DNA from: Acidobacteriota bacterium
GTDB lineage: Bacteria; Acidobacteriota; UBA6911; RPQK01; JAJDTT01
DNA length: 64,000 nucleotides
Assembly: GCA_965263035.1 (NCBI GenBank)
Contig: OZ253580.1
Span: 5,408,001 to 5,472,000 of the forward strand
Direction of reading: 5' to 3'
Shown: positions 38,090-47,510 of the stretch, one piece after another
Position numbering within the stretch: position 1 is the stretch's first letter
Layout: each line of letters starts with the position of its first letter
Position numbers and translations under genes: made by a program
The notes under the pieces: generated by a model
Databases searched by the model: none
Told to the model about the DNA's origin: nothing
The model's input: the letters and a program-made list of their open reading frames with translations, nothing else

Positions 38090-38641
38090 ATGACCTCAGC
38101 AAACCAGCTCACGTTGCTCCGCATTCTCTCGGTTCCGGTTTTTCTGGCTCTGGTCGTTTCCGGCGCCGTCGGAACCGCCCTGCTGGTGTTCCTTCTGGCG
38201 GGGACGACGGATTTGTTGGACGGGCTGATCGCCCGGAAATTCGGTCAACGGACCTCCCTGGGGAGGTTGCTGGATCCCCTGGCCGACAAACTTCTGATGG
38301 TCGGCGCTCTCGTCGTGCTCTCTTGGGAGAACCCGGCTCTGGAGATCCAGATACCCCAATGGTTGACCCTGTCGGTAGTGGCTCGGGACCTGCTTCTGGG
38401 AATTGGCGCCGTCTCGATCTGCGTCTTCACCGGCACCAAGACGTTTCCGCCGTCCATCTGGGGCAAGTTGTCCACACTTGCCCAGTTCACGACCATCTTG
38501 GCGGTCCTCGTGGACAACCTGGTCCCGTGGCGAATGCCTTTTCACGGCAGTCTCTTCGGTCTCACGGCCCTGCTGGCGGTGGGCAGCGGTTTCCAGTATC
38601 TGGTCCGCGGCGTGCGTATCGTTGCCTGTAATCGGGGATGA
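38090..38641 (+). CDS. CDP-alcohol phosphatidyltransferase (PgsA-like)
   Basis: NQLTLLR, TDLLDGLIARK...G..LDPLADK. Confidence 0.9.
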   Translation: MTSANQLTLLRILSVPVFLALVVSGAVGTALLVFLLAGTTDLLDGLIARKFGQRTSLGRLLDPLADKLLMVGALVVLSWENPALEIQIPQWLTLSVVARDLLLGIGAVSICVFTGTKTFPPSIWGKLSTLAQFTTILAVLVDNLVPWRMPFHGSLFGLTALLAVGSGFQYLVRGVRIVACNRG

Positions 38642-38676
38642 ATCGCCTGCATTTCGGGAGTTGAATCAGATTCGTC

Positions 38677-39459
38677 ATGGAATTCCGCAACCTGAGGCTG
38701 GAAGTCGATTCGGGAGGAGTAGCCGAGCTCACCCTTGAACGGCCGGAGGTCCTGAACGCGTTGAACCAGGAAACGATTCGGGAGCTGGAGGCGGCCTTCC
38801 GGTCCCTGGAGCGGAATCAGGAAGTTCGTGTCGTGCTCCTCGCGGGCGGCGGGGCGGCGTTTTCCGCCGGGGCGGACATCCCTGAGGTCCACCGGTTGGA
38901 CGCCGAGACCGCCCAGGCTTTCTCTCGACGGGGCCAGGCCGTCCTGAATCGGATCGAAGGCGGATCCAAACCGGTTGTGGCCGCAGTGCGGGGCTTCTGT
39001 CTTGGTGGGGGCTGCGAACTCGCGCTGGGGTGCCATATCCGGATTGCGGCGACGGATGCTCGAATCGGATTGCCTGAAGTGAAGCTGGGCATCATTCCCG
39101 GCTATGGTGGCACGCAGCGTCTGCCCCGAATCGTGGGACGTTCCAAGGCCCTCGAGTTGTTGCTCTGCGGCAGGATCATGACCGCCCAGGAGGCCTTGCA
39201 GGCCGGTCTGGTGAGCCGCGTGGTGGAGCCGGACGAGCTTCTGCCCACGTGTAGAGATCTGGCGTCCAGGATCGCCGGGCAGGCGCCCTTGGCTGTAAGG
39301 TACTGCTTCGAGGCCGTCAATCGGGGTTACGGCCTGCCTCTGCAAGCCGGGCTTGCCCTGGAGACGGCCCTCTTCGGGCTGGCTTCGGGCACGGATGACA
39401 TGAGGGAGGGGACCCGGGCCTTCATGGAAAAGAGAAAGGCCCGTTTCAAGGGCCGGTGA
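38677..39459 (+). CDS. Enoyl-CoA hydratase/crotonase family protein
   Basis: LNAL, FSAGADI, GGGCELA, PEVKLGIIPGYGGTQRL. Confidence 0.93.
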   Translation: MEFRNLRLEVDSGGVAELTLERPEVLNALNQETIRELEAAFRSLERNQEVRVVLLAGGGAAFSAGADIPEVHRLDAETAQAFSRRGQAVLNRIEGGSKPVVAAVRGFCLGGGCELALGCHIRIAATDARIGLPEVKLGIIPGYGGTQRLPRIVGRSKALELLLCGRIMTAQEALQAGLVSRVVEPDELLPTCRDLASRIAGQAPLAVRYCFEAVNRGYGLPLQAGLALETALFGLASGTDDMREGTRAFMEKRKARFKGR

Positions 39460-39470
39460 AGCCGAAAGTC

Positions 39471-39636
39471 TGGCAGCCCGTGGCAAAAGTCGTCACGGCA
39501 TTCGACCGGGTCTGCATCGTGCGCGGACTGCGTTGCTCCTCGGTCACATACTCCCGGTATGCTCCCTCAGAGCGCCTGGTCCGGCGGGCGCAGCCCCGGT
39601 CTCGGTGCTGCGTGAGACTTTCACCACGGACTGCTA
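39471..39636 (-). repeat. ~165-bp MITE-like element, family A
   Basis: Reverse-orientation copy: TGGCAGCCCGTGGCAAAAGTCGTCACGG...GACTTTCACCACGGACTGCTA. Confidence 0.85.
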
Positions 39637-39663
39637 GTCGTAGTAGACTGGGATTTGGGAGAC

Positions 39664-40143
39664 ATGGACGTGAAGGAAATCTCAGGACGTATGGATGGGG
39701 CGGATCTCAGGATCGGCGTGGTTGTCAGCCGCTTCAACGAGTTGGTCACCGATCGACTTCTGAAGGGGGCGTTGGACGTGCTCGACCGGCTCGGAGTCCC
39801 GGATGAGGATGTGACGGTCGTTCATGTCCCTGGGAGCTTCGAAATCCCTTTTGCCGCCCGGAAATTGGCTTCCGCCGGTATCTGCGACGCCGTCGTCTGC
39901 CTCGGGACCCTGATTCGGGGAGAGACGGACCATTACGAGTACTTGGCTTCGCATGTGACCGGAGCTCTGTCGCGGTTGGCGCTGGAGCAGGGCGTCCCCA
40001 TCACCTACGGCCTGATCACGGCGGACACCACCGAACAAGCCATCAATCGTGCGGGTTTGAAGCATGGCAACAAGGGAGCGGAAGCGGCGTCCGCTGCGGT
40101 GGAAATGGCCGACCTGGCTCGTCAGAAGCTGGCGGACGGCTGA
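39664..40143 (+). CDS. ribH: 6,7-dimethyl-8-ribityllumazine synthase
   Basis: SRFNE, VPGSFEIP, IRGETDH, NKGAEAA. Confidence 0.95.
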   Translation: MDVKEISGRMDGADLRIGVVVSRFNELVTDRLLKGALDVLDRLGVPDEDVTVVHVPGSFEIPFAARKLASAGICDAVVCLGTLIRGETDHYEYLASHVTGALSRLALEQGVPITYGLITADTTEQAINRAGLKHGNKGAEAASAAVEMADLARQKLADG

Positions 40144-40281
40144 TGCGCCCGGTGGACACGGGGAAGGGATGCGCCTCCTGGTCTCCCCTTCCGGCACACA
40201 GACCGGGAATTGCCGCTTCCGAGGTGCGAGACCATCGATCCCACTGGCTGGTGGGACCACTCCCCTGGTTCAAGAGAGTGA

Positions 40282-40448
40282 TATCAGCCCGTGGTAGAAG
40301 TCGTCACGGCATTCGACCGGGTCTGCATCGTGCGCGGACTGCGTTGCGCCTCGGTCACATAGGGTCGAATATGCTCCCTCACCGCGCCTTGTCCGGCGGG
40401 CGCAGCCCCGGTTTCGGTGCTACGCGGGACTTTCACCAAGGACTGATA
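40282..40448 (-). repeat. ~165-bp MITE-like element, family A
   Basis: TATCAGCCCGTGGTAGAAGTCGTCACGG...GACTTTCACCAAGGACTGATA; its last A is the A of the nusB ATG. Confidence 0.85.
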
Positions 40449-40867
40449 TGAGCAGAAGGAGGGCCCGTGAATTCGCCGTGCAGATGCTCTATCAGCAGGA
40501 GGTGACCCGGGACCCGGGCTCCCAGGTGGAGCGGTCCTTTTGGATCGCTCATTCCGCGGCCGCAGCAGAGTCCCGCAGCTTTGCAGGTCAGCTGTTCGGG
40601 AAATCTCTACAAGCCAGGAGCAGGATCGATACCCTGATCCGACGCCATTGCGACAACTGGAAATTGGAGAGGATTTCGGCAGTCGATCGAAACGTGCTGC
40701 GCCTGGGGATCGCCGAGTTCCTCTTTTTGGACACGCCCAAGGTGGTGGTCATCAACGAGGCCATCGAGATCGCGCGAAAATATGGGACGGAGCGATCGGC
40801 GGATTTCGTCAACGGTATCCTGGATGCCATTCGGAAGGAACTGGATACGGAAAGGGAGGCCGGTTGA
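40448..40867 (+). CDS. nusB: Transcription antitermination factor NusB
   Basis: RRRARE..QMLYQ, DRNVLR, INEAIEIARKYG, FVNGILD. Confidence 0.95.
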   Translation: MSRRRAREFAVQMLYQQEVTRDPGSQVERSFWIAHSAAAAESRSFAGQLFGKSLQARSRIDTLIRRHCDNWKLERISAVDRNVLRLGIAEFLFLDTPKVVVINEAIEIARKYGTERSADFVNGILDAIRKELDTEREAG

Positions 40868-40928
40868 GGAGAGAGATGACGCGCGCGGAGGGCCACGCAG
40901 GGAGGACCCGGGAGCGGGGAGCGGCAAG

Positions 40929-42446
40929 ATGAGCTCCGGAAGCGAACTGATCAACCGGCGGCTGGAGAAGCTGCGGAGCATCCGGGCCGGTGGCCATGAT
41001 CCCTATCCCGCCCACTACGACCTGACCCACGAAATTCCCCGGATTCTGGAGAGCTTCTCCCACCTGGAGGCTGCAGAACTGGAGGCCGCGCGGCGGAAGG
41101 TTCGAACCGCCGGCCGCATGGTTTCGATGCGGGGCCATGGCAAGGTCAGCTTCGCCCACTTGAGCCAGGGTGGAGGCCGGCTCCAGATCTACGTCCGCCG
41201 GGATCGGGTGGGACCCGAGGAACACGATCTGTTCCGGTTGCTGGACATCGGGGACTTTCTGGGCGTGGAGGGGGAGTTGCTGCGGACCCGTACGGGAGAA
41301 CTGACGGTCTTCGCCGATTCGGTGCAGTTGTTGTCCAAGTCGGTCCGGCCCCTTCCCGAGAAGTGGCACGGCCTGGCCGACGTGGAAGTGCGTTACCGGC
41401 AGCGCTATCTGGACCTGATGGCCAACCCCCGCGTGCGGTCCGTATTCGTCCGCCGCAACCGGATCATCTCGTTCCTCCGACGCTTTCTGGAGGCCAGGGG
41501 GTTCCTGGAGGTGGAAACCCCCATGATGCAGGTCCTGGCGGGAGGCGCGACGGCCCGTCCCTTCAGGACCTATCACGAGGCGCTGGGAATCCCGTTGTAT
41601 CTGAGGATCGCGCCGGAGCTCTACCTCAAACGCCTGGTGGTGGGCGGGTTGGATCGGGTGTTCGAGATCAACCGGAATTTTCGAAACGAGGGCGTGTCCA
41701 CCCGTCACAATCCCGAGTTCACCATGTTGGAGTTCTACCAGGCCTACAGCGACTACGGTGATCTGATGGATCTGACGGAGGAGATGTTGGGGGGTCTGGT
41801 CCAGGAGGTCTGCCAAGGATTGGAGGTGGAGTACGGACCATCGACCATCGACTTCTCCTCGTTTCAACGGTACAGCATGGTGGATGCGATTCGTCAGTTC
41901 TGGCCCGGGCCACAGGCCCCCTCGGCCGAGAGCCTGATGGACTCCGCCGGGCTGAATACTCTGCTTCGTGGCCAGAACCTGGAAGTGCCGGCGGGGTCGA
42001 GTTGGGATCGCATGCTGGGACTGCTGTTCGAGACGGTGGCCGAAAAGCACTTGATCCAGCCCACATTCATCTATGATTTCCCGGCGCAGCTGTCCCCTCT
42101 CTCCAAGCGGAAGGCCGATGATCCCCGATTCACGGAGCGTTTCGAGCTGTTCGCCGGAGGTCTGGAGCTGGCCAACGCCTACAGCGAGCTGAACGATCCG
42201 GAAGAGCAGAGGCAGCGATTCCGGGAGCAGCTGATCGACCGGGAGCAGGGAAACGACGAGGCCCACGAGATGGATGAGGACTATGTTCGGGCCCTCGAGT
42301 ACGGAATGCCGCCGGTCGCCGGCGAGGGAATCGGCATCGATCGGCTTGCAATGCTGCTGACCAACTCTTCCTCCATCCGGGAAGTGATTCTGTTTCCCCA
42401 CCTCCGTCCGTCGCGAACGGATAGAGGCTCGCGGGACGAAGAGTGA
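40929..42446 (+). CDS. lysS: Lysine--tRNA ligase (class II)
   Basis: PLPEKWHGL, RQRYLDL, RIAPELYLK, HNPEFTMLE, GIGIDRL. Confidence 0.97.
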   Translation: MSSGSELINRRLEKLRSIRAGGHDPYPAHYDLTHEIPRILESFSHLEAAELEAARRKVRTAGRMVSMRGHGKVSFAHLSQGGGRLQIYVRRDRVGPEEHDLFRLLDIGDFLGVEGELLRTRTGELTVFADSVQLLSKSVRPLPEKWHGLADVEVRYRQRYLDLMANPRVRSVFVRRNRIISFLRRFLEARGFLEVETPMMQVLAGGATARPFRTYHEALGIPLYLRIAPELYLKRLVVGGLDRVFEINRNFRNEGVSTRHNPEFTMLEFYQAYSDYGDLMDLTEEMLGGLVQEVCQGLEVEYGPSTIDFSSFQRYSMVDAIRQFWPGPQAPSAESLMDSAGLNTLLRGQNLEVPAGSSWDRMLGLLFETVAEKHLIQPTFIYDFPAQLSPLSKRKADDPRFTERFELFAGGLELANAYSELNDPEEQRQRFREQLIDREQGNDEAHEMDEDYVRALEYGMPPVAGEGIGIDRLAMLLTNSSSIREVILFPHLRPSRTDRGSRDEE

Positions 42447-42515
42447 GAGGCAGGTACGTTGGCCGGACTGTGCTCACTCGGAGTCGGTGAAAAGGCGACG
42501 AAATAGGGGGCGTGA

Positions 42516-43742
42516 ATGCGTTTCGAGCTGTTTGTCGCCCTCCGGTATCTTCGAGCCCAACGCAAACAAGCCGTCATCTCGGTCATCAGCATCATTTCGG
42601 TGGTCGGGGTAGCCGCCGGCGTGATGGCCCTCACCATCGCGCTGGCCCTGAACAACGGTCTGCAACGAGAGTTTCAGGCCCGCATTCTGGGAGCCACCTC
42701 CCATCTCAATCTCCTGCCCGCCCGGGACCGGGCCATCACCGGGTATCAGGAAATCGCGCGCGCCCTGAATGAGATGCCCCGGATCAAGAGCGTCGTGCCG
42801 ACGGTCTACGGACAGACGATGTTGCGGGTCGGTTCGAGACAGGGAGCGGCAATCCTGAAGGGGATCGGCGGAGATCCGAGCCGGCCGTCCAATCTGAGTG
42901 TCTCCATCATCGAGGGAACCACGGCAGGATTCCATGACGGCGGCAGGCCCTTCCCCATCATCCTCGGGAAGGACCTGGCGGGATCCCTGGGAGCGCTGGT
43001 GGGAGAACAGGTTCGGGCTTACGGGCTACGCGGCGAGCTCTCACCCCTCGGCCGCAGTATTCGGGTCGGGAGTTTCCGGGTCATGGCTCTTTTCGAGTCC
43101 GGGTTGTGGGAATACGACTCCAATTGGGCTCTGGTGCCGCTGGCCGCGGCACAGTCCTTCTTCGGTCTTTCGAAGGATCAGGCCTCGGCGTTGGAAATGC
43201 GGGTCGAGGACATCTACGCCGTCGAAACCCAGGCCCGGACAGTGCAGGAGGCGATGGGTGATGAATTCGCCACGAACACCTGGATCGAACTGAACAGGCC
43301 GCTGTTTTCGGCTCTGGAGTTGGAGAAGCTGGCCCTGTTCGTCGCCATCGGACTCATCGTTCTGGTCGCTGCCCTGAACATTGTCAGCACCCTGACCCTC
43401 ATGGTCATGGACAAGAACCGGGATATTTCCATCATCACCGCCATGGGAGGGACTCCTCGAACGGTCACCGCGGTGTTCATGCTCCAAGGCCTCATCATCG
43501 GTTTGTTCGGCACCGGACTGGGCGGCATCTTGGGGGCGGTCACCGCCTGGTACCTGGACGCCTACCAGGCGATCGAGCTGGAACCTCGTGTCTATTCGAT
43601 TCCATACGTCCCCTTTCAGTTGAATCCGTGGGATCTCGTCGTGGTTTCGCTGCTGGCGATTGTCATCAGTTTTGCCGCCACCCTGTATCCGGCACGCGCC
43701 GCGTCCAGGCTGGATCCGGTGGAAGGGCTCCGCCATGAGTGA
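42516..43742 (+). CDS. Lipoprotein-releasing ABC permease, LolC/E family
   Basis: MRFELFVALRYLR, LEKLALF, ATLYPARAASRLDPVEGLR; upstream of lolD. Confidence 0.92.
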   Translation: MRFELFVALRYLRAQRKQAVISVISIISVVGVAAGVMALTIALALNNGLQREFQARILGATSHLNLLPARDRAITGYQEIARALNEMPRIKSVVPTVYGQTMLRVGSRQGAAILKGIGGDPSRPSNLSVSIIEGTTAGFHDGGRPFPIILGKDLAGSLGALVGEQVRAYGLRGELSPLGRSIRVGSFRVMALFESGLWEYDSNWALVPLAAAQSFFGLSKDQASALEMRVEDIYAVETQARTVQEAMGDEFATNTWIELNRPLFSALELEKLALFVAIGLIVLVAALNIVSTLTLMVMDKNRDISIITAMGGTPRTVTAVFMLQGLIIGLFGTGLGGILGAVTAWYLDAYQAIELEPRVYSIPYVPFQLNPWDLVVVSLLAIVISFAATLYPARAASRLDPVEGLRHE

Positions 43743-44406
43743 TCTTCTCAAGATCCGTGACCTGTCGAAATCCTATCGTTCGGGGCAGGAGCGGCTGCGC
43801 ATTCTCGTGGATTTGAAGCTGACGGTCAAGACGGGGCAAATGGTGGCGATCACGGGAGCCAGCGGTTCGGGCAAGAGCACCTTTCTGCATCTGGTCGGGG
43901 GAATGGAGAGACCGGATTCGGGGAGTATCCTCTTCCAGGATCTTGAGATCACCGGACTGCAGGGGCGGGAGCTGGCTGCATACCGGAACCGGACCGTGGG
44001 CTTCGTGTTTCAGTTCCACTACCTCCTCCCCGAGTTCAACGCCCAGGAAAACGCCATGTTTCCCTTGCTGCTGCGGGGGGCCTCCCACCAGGAGGCGTCC
44101 GAGCGGGCTGAAGCTCTTCTGGCAGAGGTGGGGTTGGGTGACCGGATGCGGCACCGGCCGGGCGAACTTTCGGGGGGTGAGCAACAGCGTGTCGCCATCG
44201 CGCGCGCCCTGGCGGGAGAACCCAGACTGTTGTTGGCCGACGAACCCACAGGCAATCTCGATCCGGCCACCTCCGAGCGAATTTACGAACTGCTGGATCA
44301 GGTGCATCGAAACCACGGACTCACTTCCCTGATCGCAACCCACAACGCCACCCTCGCAGATCTTTGCAGCGTCCGTAAGGAGGTCTTTCTAGGGAAACTC
44401 GTTTAG
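43735..44406 (+). CDS. lolD: Lipoprotein-releasing ABC ATPase
   Basis: [40 protein letters not shown]. Confidence 0.93.
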   Translation: MSDLLKIRDLSKSYRSGQERLRILVDLKLTVKTGQMVAITGASGSGKSTFLHLVGGMERPDSGSILFQDLEITGLQGRELAAYRNRTVGFVFQFHYLLPEFNAQENAMFPLLLRGASHQEASERAEALLAEVGLGDRMRHRPGELSGGEQQRVAIARALAGEPRLLLADEPTGNLDPATSERIYELLDQVHRNHGLTSLIATHNATLADLCSVRKEVFLGKLV

Positions 44407-44568
44407 CAGCCCGTGGTAAAAGTCGTCACGGCATTCGACCGTCCCTGCATCGTGCGCGGACTGCGTTGCTATCGGCTCACATACTCCCGGTGTGCTCCCC
44501 GATCGCGCCTTGTCCGGCGGGCGCTGGACCGGTCTCGGTGCTCGCGGGACTTTTCCCACGGACTGCTT
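44404..44568 (-). repeat. ~165-bp MITE-like element, family A
   Basis: TAGCAGCCCGTGGTAAAAGTCGTCACGG...GACTTTTCCCACGGACTGCTT; its TAG is the lolD stop. Confidence 0.85.
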
Positions 44569-44770
44569 GCCCGCCGAGTCCGCCAACGGCGTTCCGCGGT
44601 CTCGCCTGTCTCCGGAAATCCAATCACAACCGGGCGGGATTCCGGGCCCGGAGCATTCGTGCCGGCGCCGGTTTCCCGCTTTATCACTACGCGCGTGTAT
44701 AATCGGTCGAGTCGGTGAGCGGTTTGCTCGGGCATTTGCGGTTTGCTTATATTTAGATGGAAATCGCTCC

Positions 44771-47212
44771 ATGTTTGAGAAGTACACGGAAAAAGCGAGG
44801 CGGGTCATTTTCTTTGCCCGTTATGAGGCCAGTCAGCTCGGTTCCCGGTCCATCGAAACGGAACACCTCCTGCTGGGTCTGCTCCGGGAGGACAAGGGTC
44901 TCACCAACCGCTTCTTTCGCCGGAGCGAAGCCACGCTGGAGGTGATTCGCAAGGAAATCGAGGGTCGTTCGGAAGTCCGGGAAAAAGTCTCGACTTCAGT
45001 CGAACTTCCTCTGAGCGATGAGTCAAAGCGGGTGCTCACGTTTGCCGCCGAAGAAGCGGAACGCCTTCTTTGCAGTTATATCGGGACCGAGCACATTCTT
45101 CTGGGTCTCCTCAGGGAAGAGAAGTCGGCGGCCTCGATGATCCTGACCGAGAAAGGGCTGCATCTGGGGCGGGTTCGGGATGAGCTGTCTGGAAATCCGG
45201 GACGTCCCACGCCGCATAAGGTGAAGGAATCTTTGATCCTGACCGAGTTCAGCCGGGATCTGACCGAAGCGGCCATGCGCGGAGACTTGGATCCCCTCAT
45301 CGGCCGTGAGGCCGAGATCGAGCGTGTCACCCAGATTCTCTGCCGCCGGACCAAGAACAATCCGGCGCTGATCGGCGAGCCGGGAGTGGGGAAAACGGCG
45401 ATCGTAGAGGGCTTGGCCCAAAGAATCGTCAACGGCGACGCTCCCGCCATGCTCCTGGACAAACGAATTCTCGCTCTGGATATTTCCTTGATCGTGGCCG
45501 GCACCAAATACCGCGGGCAGTTCGAGGAGCGGTTGAAGTCCATCATGAAGGAGATCATCGAGAATCCTCAATTCGTGATCTTCGTCGACGAGTTGCACAC
45601 GCTGGTGGGAGCCGGCTCGGCAGAGGGCTCCCTGGATGCGGCGAACATCCTGAAACCGGCCCTGTCGCGTGGAGATCTCCAGTGTGTGGGGGCGACGACC
45701 CCTTACGAATACCGCCGTTTCATCGAGAAGGACCGGGCTCTTGAACGTCGGTTCCAGTCGGTAAAGGTGGCGGCGACCAACGAGGAAGAGACGACAAGGA
45801 TCATCCACGGCATCAAGGAACGTTACGAGAGTTTCCACCGGGTGCAATACGACGACGAATCCATCAAGGCTGCGGTCAGCCATTCCAATCGTTACATTCC
45901 CGATCGTTTTCTGCCGGACAAGGCGATCGACGTCCTGGATGAAGCCGGAGCCAGGGTGAAACTCAACTACACCTCATTTCCCGACGAAGTGACGGTTCTC
46001 CAACAGAAGATTCGGGTGACTGTCCGGGAGGTGGACAACGCCATCTCCGCCAAGGAATTCGACCGGGCGGCCCAACTCAAGGATCGCGAGGTGGTGGAGC
46101 GCGAGAACCTGAAGATCGTCAAGGATCGCTGGAAGCTCAACAATTGCGTCACTCCGATGGTGGGCCGGAAACATGTCGAAGAGGTCATCTCCCGCTGGAC
46201 CGGGATTCCGGTAAGCGCGTTGCGGGAAGAGGAGACACAGAAGCTGTTGCGCATGGAGGTGGACCTGCACCGCCGGGTGATCAGCCAGGACACGGCCGTT
46301 TCCGCGCTCGCCCGGGCAATTCGCCGGAGCCGAGCCGGGATGAAGCATCCAAACCGGCCCGTAGGATCATTCCTGTTCCTGGGGCCCACGGGCGTGGGCA
46401 AGACGGAGTTGGCCAAATCATTGGCCGAGTTCCTGTTCGGAAGCGAGAAGTCGCTGATCCGTTTCGACATGTCCGAGTACTTGGAGAAACATTCGGTGTC
46501 CAAGCTCATCGGTTCGCCCCCCGGATACGTGGGACACGAAGAGGGTGGGCAGCTGACCGAACGTGTCCGGCGCAATCCCTATTGCGTGGTCCTTCTGGAT
46601 GAGGTCGAAAAAGCCCATTTCGACATTTTCAACTTGTTGCTGCAGGTCTTCGAAGACGGCCAGTTGACCGACTCCCATGGGAATACGGTCGATTTCAAGA
46701 ACAGCATCGTCATCATGACCTCCAACATCGGAGCTCGATACCTGATGAACAAACCCCAGATGGGGTTTGCGAGCGGAGTGGATCAGGGGAGGGAGAAGGT
46801 GGAAGAGGTCATCATGGAAGAGGTGAAACGCGTCTTCAATCCCGAGTTCCTGAATCGGGTGGACGACCTCATCCTGTTCGATTCCCTGACCGAAGCGGAT
46901 CTGGGAAAAATCGTCGATCTGCTCATCGACAAGGGCAACGAGAATCTGTCCCAGAAGCAGATTCGTATATCGTTGGGCAAGAGCGCGAAAAGATGGATCA
47001 TAGACAAGACTTGCTGCGACCGTTCCTATGGAGCACGCCCCCTGAGGAGAGCCATCCAGAAATATATTGAAGATCCGGTTTCGGAGCTGATCATTCAGGG
47101 GAAATTGAAAGAAAAGGAAACTCTCTCCATCTTTATCAAGGGTGGAGCATTGTACTATCGGGCCAAGGGATCCAAGAGTGCAGGTGTTCCCCTGTCATTC
47201 GGGATCGCGTAG
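44771..47212 (+). CDS. clpC: ATP-dependent Clp protease ATPase subunit, ClpC type
   Basis: [25 protein letters not shown] coil, [11 protein letters not shown] loop, GARPLRR. Confidence 0.95.
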   Translation: MFEKYTEKARRVIFFARYEASQLGSRSIETEHLLLGLLREDKGLTNRFFRRSEATLEVIRKEIEGRSEVREKVSTSVELPLSDESKRVLTFAAEEAERLLCSYIGTEHILLGLLREEKSAASMILTEKGLHLGRVRDELSGNPGRPTPHKVKESLILTEFSRDLTEAAMRGDLDPLIGREAEIERVTQILCRRTKNNPALIGEPGVGKTAIVEGLAQRIVNGDAPAMLLDKRILALDISLIVAGTKYRGQFEERLKSIMKEIIENPQFVIFVDELHTLVGAGSAEGSLDAANILKPALSRGDLQCVGATTPYEYRRFIEKDRALERRFQSVKVAATNEEETTRIIHGIKERYESFHRVQYDDESIKAAVSHSNRYIPDRFLPDKAIDVLDEAGARVKLNYTSFPDEVTVLQQKIRVTVREVDNAISAKEFDRAAQLKDREVVERENLKIVKDRWKLNNCVTPMVGRKHVEEVISRWTGIPVSALREEETQKLLRMEVDLHRRVISQDTAVSALARAIRRSRAGMKHPNRPVGSFLFLGPTGVGKTELAKSLAEFLFGSEKSLIRFDMSEYLEKHSVSKLIGSPPGYVGHEEGGQLTERVRRNPYCVVLLDEVEKAHFDIFNLLLQVFEDGQLTDSHGNTVDFKNSIVIMTSNIGARYLMNKPQMGFASGVDQGREKVEEVIMEEVKRVFNPEFLNRVDDLILFDSLTEADLGKIVDLLIDKGNENLSQKQIRISLGKSAKRWIIDKTCCDRSYGARPLRRAIQKYIEDPVSELIIQGKLKEKETLSIFIKGGALYYRAKGSKSAGVPLSFGIA

Positions 47213-47374
47213 CGGCCCGTGGTGTAAGTCCCGCGGAGGACCTGAAGCGGCGAATGGTTCGCCGGGCAAGGCGTGACGACGAAGCATGCGGGGCGTATGT
47301 GACCGAGGAGCAACACCTCCCGCCGGGAGGCGGCTCTGGTCAGATGCCACGGAGACTTATGCCGCGGGCTGCTG
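47210..47374 (+). repeat. ~165-bp MITE-like element, family A (divergent subfamily)
   Basis: TAGCGGCCCGTGGTGTAAGTCCCGCG...GACTTATGCCGCGGGCTGCTG; its TAG is the clpC stop. Confidence 0.7.
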
Positions 47375-47510
47375 ATTCACGAGTCTCCCAGTCCAGGTCA
47401 GAAATCGGGATGGGTTCGTCGAGCGAAAATTGTCCTACCGGAGGGCACTGGATAGAATCTTGATGATGGGCAAACCATTTAGTGCTGCTCACAGACTGAA
47501 CGTCGTCCGG

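Noticed and set aside
32629-47374. Family A repeats as coding sequence (e.g. the ClpC ORF extension from 44492, ORF 39456-39806)
   Set aside because: The frames merely run through the repeat; the conserved ClpC start is at 44771.
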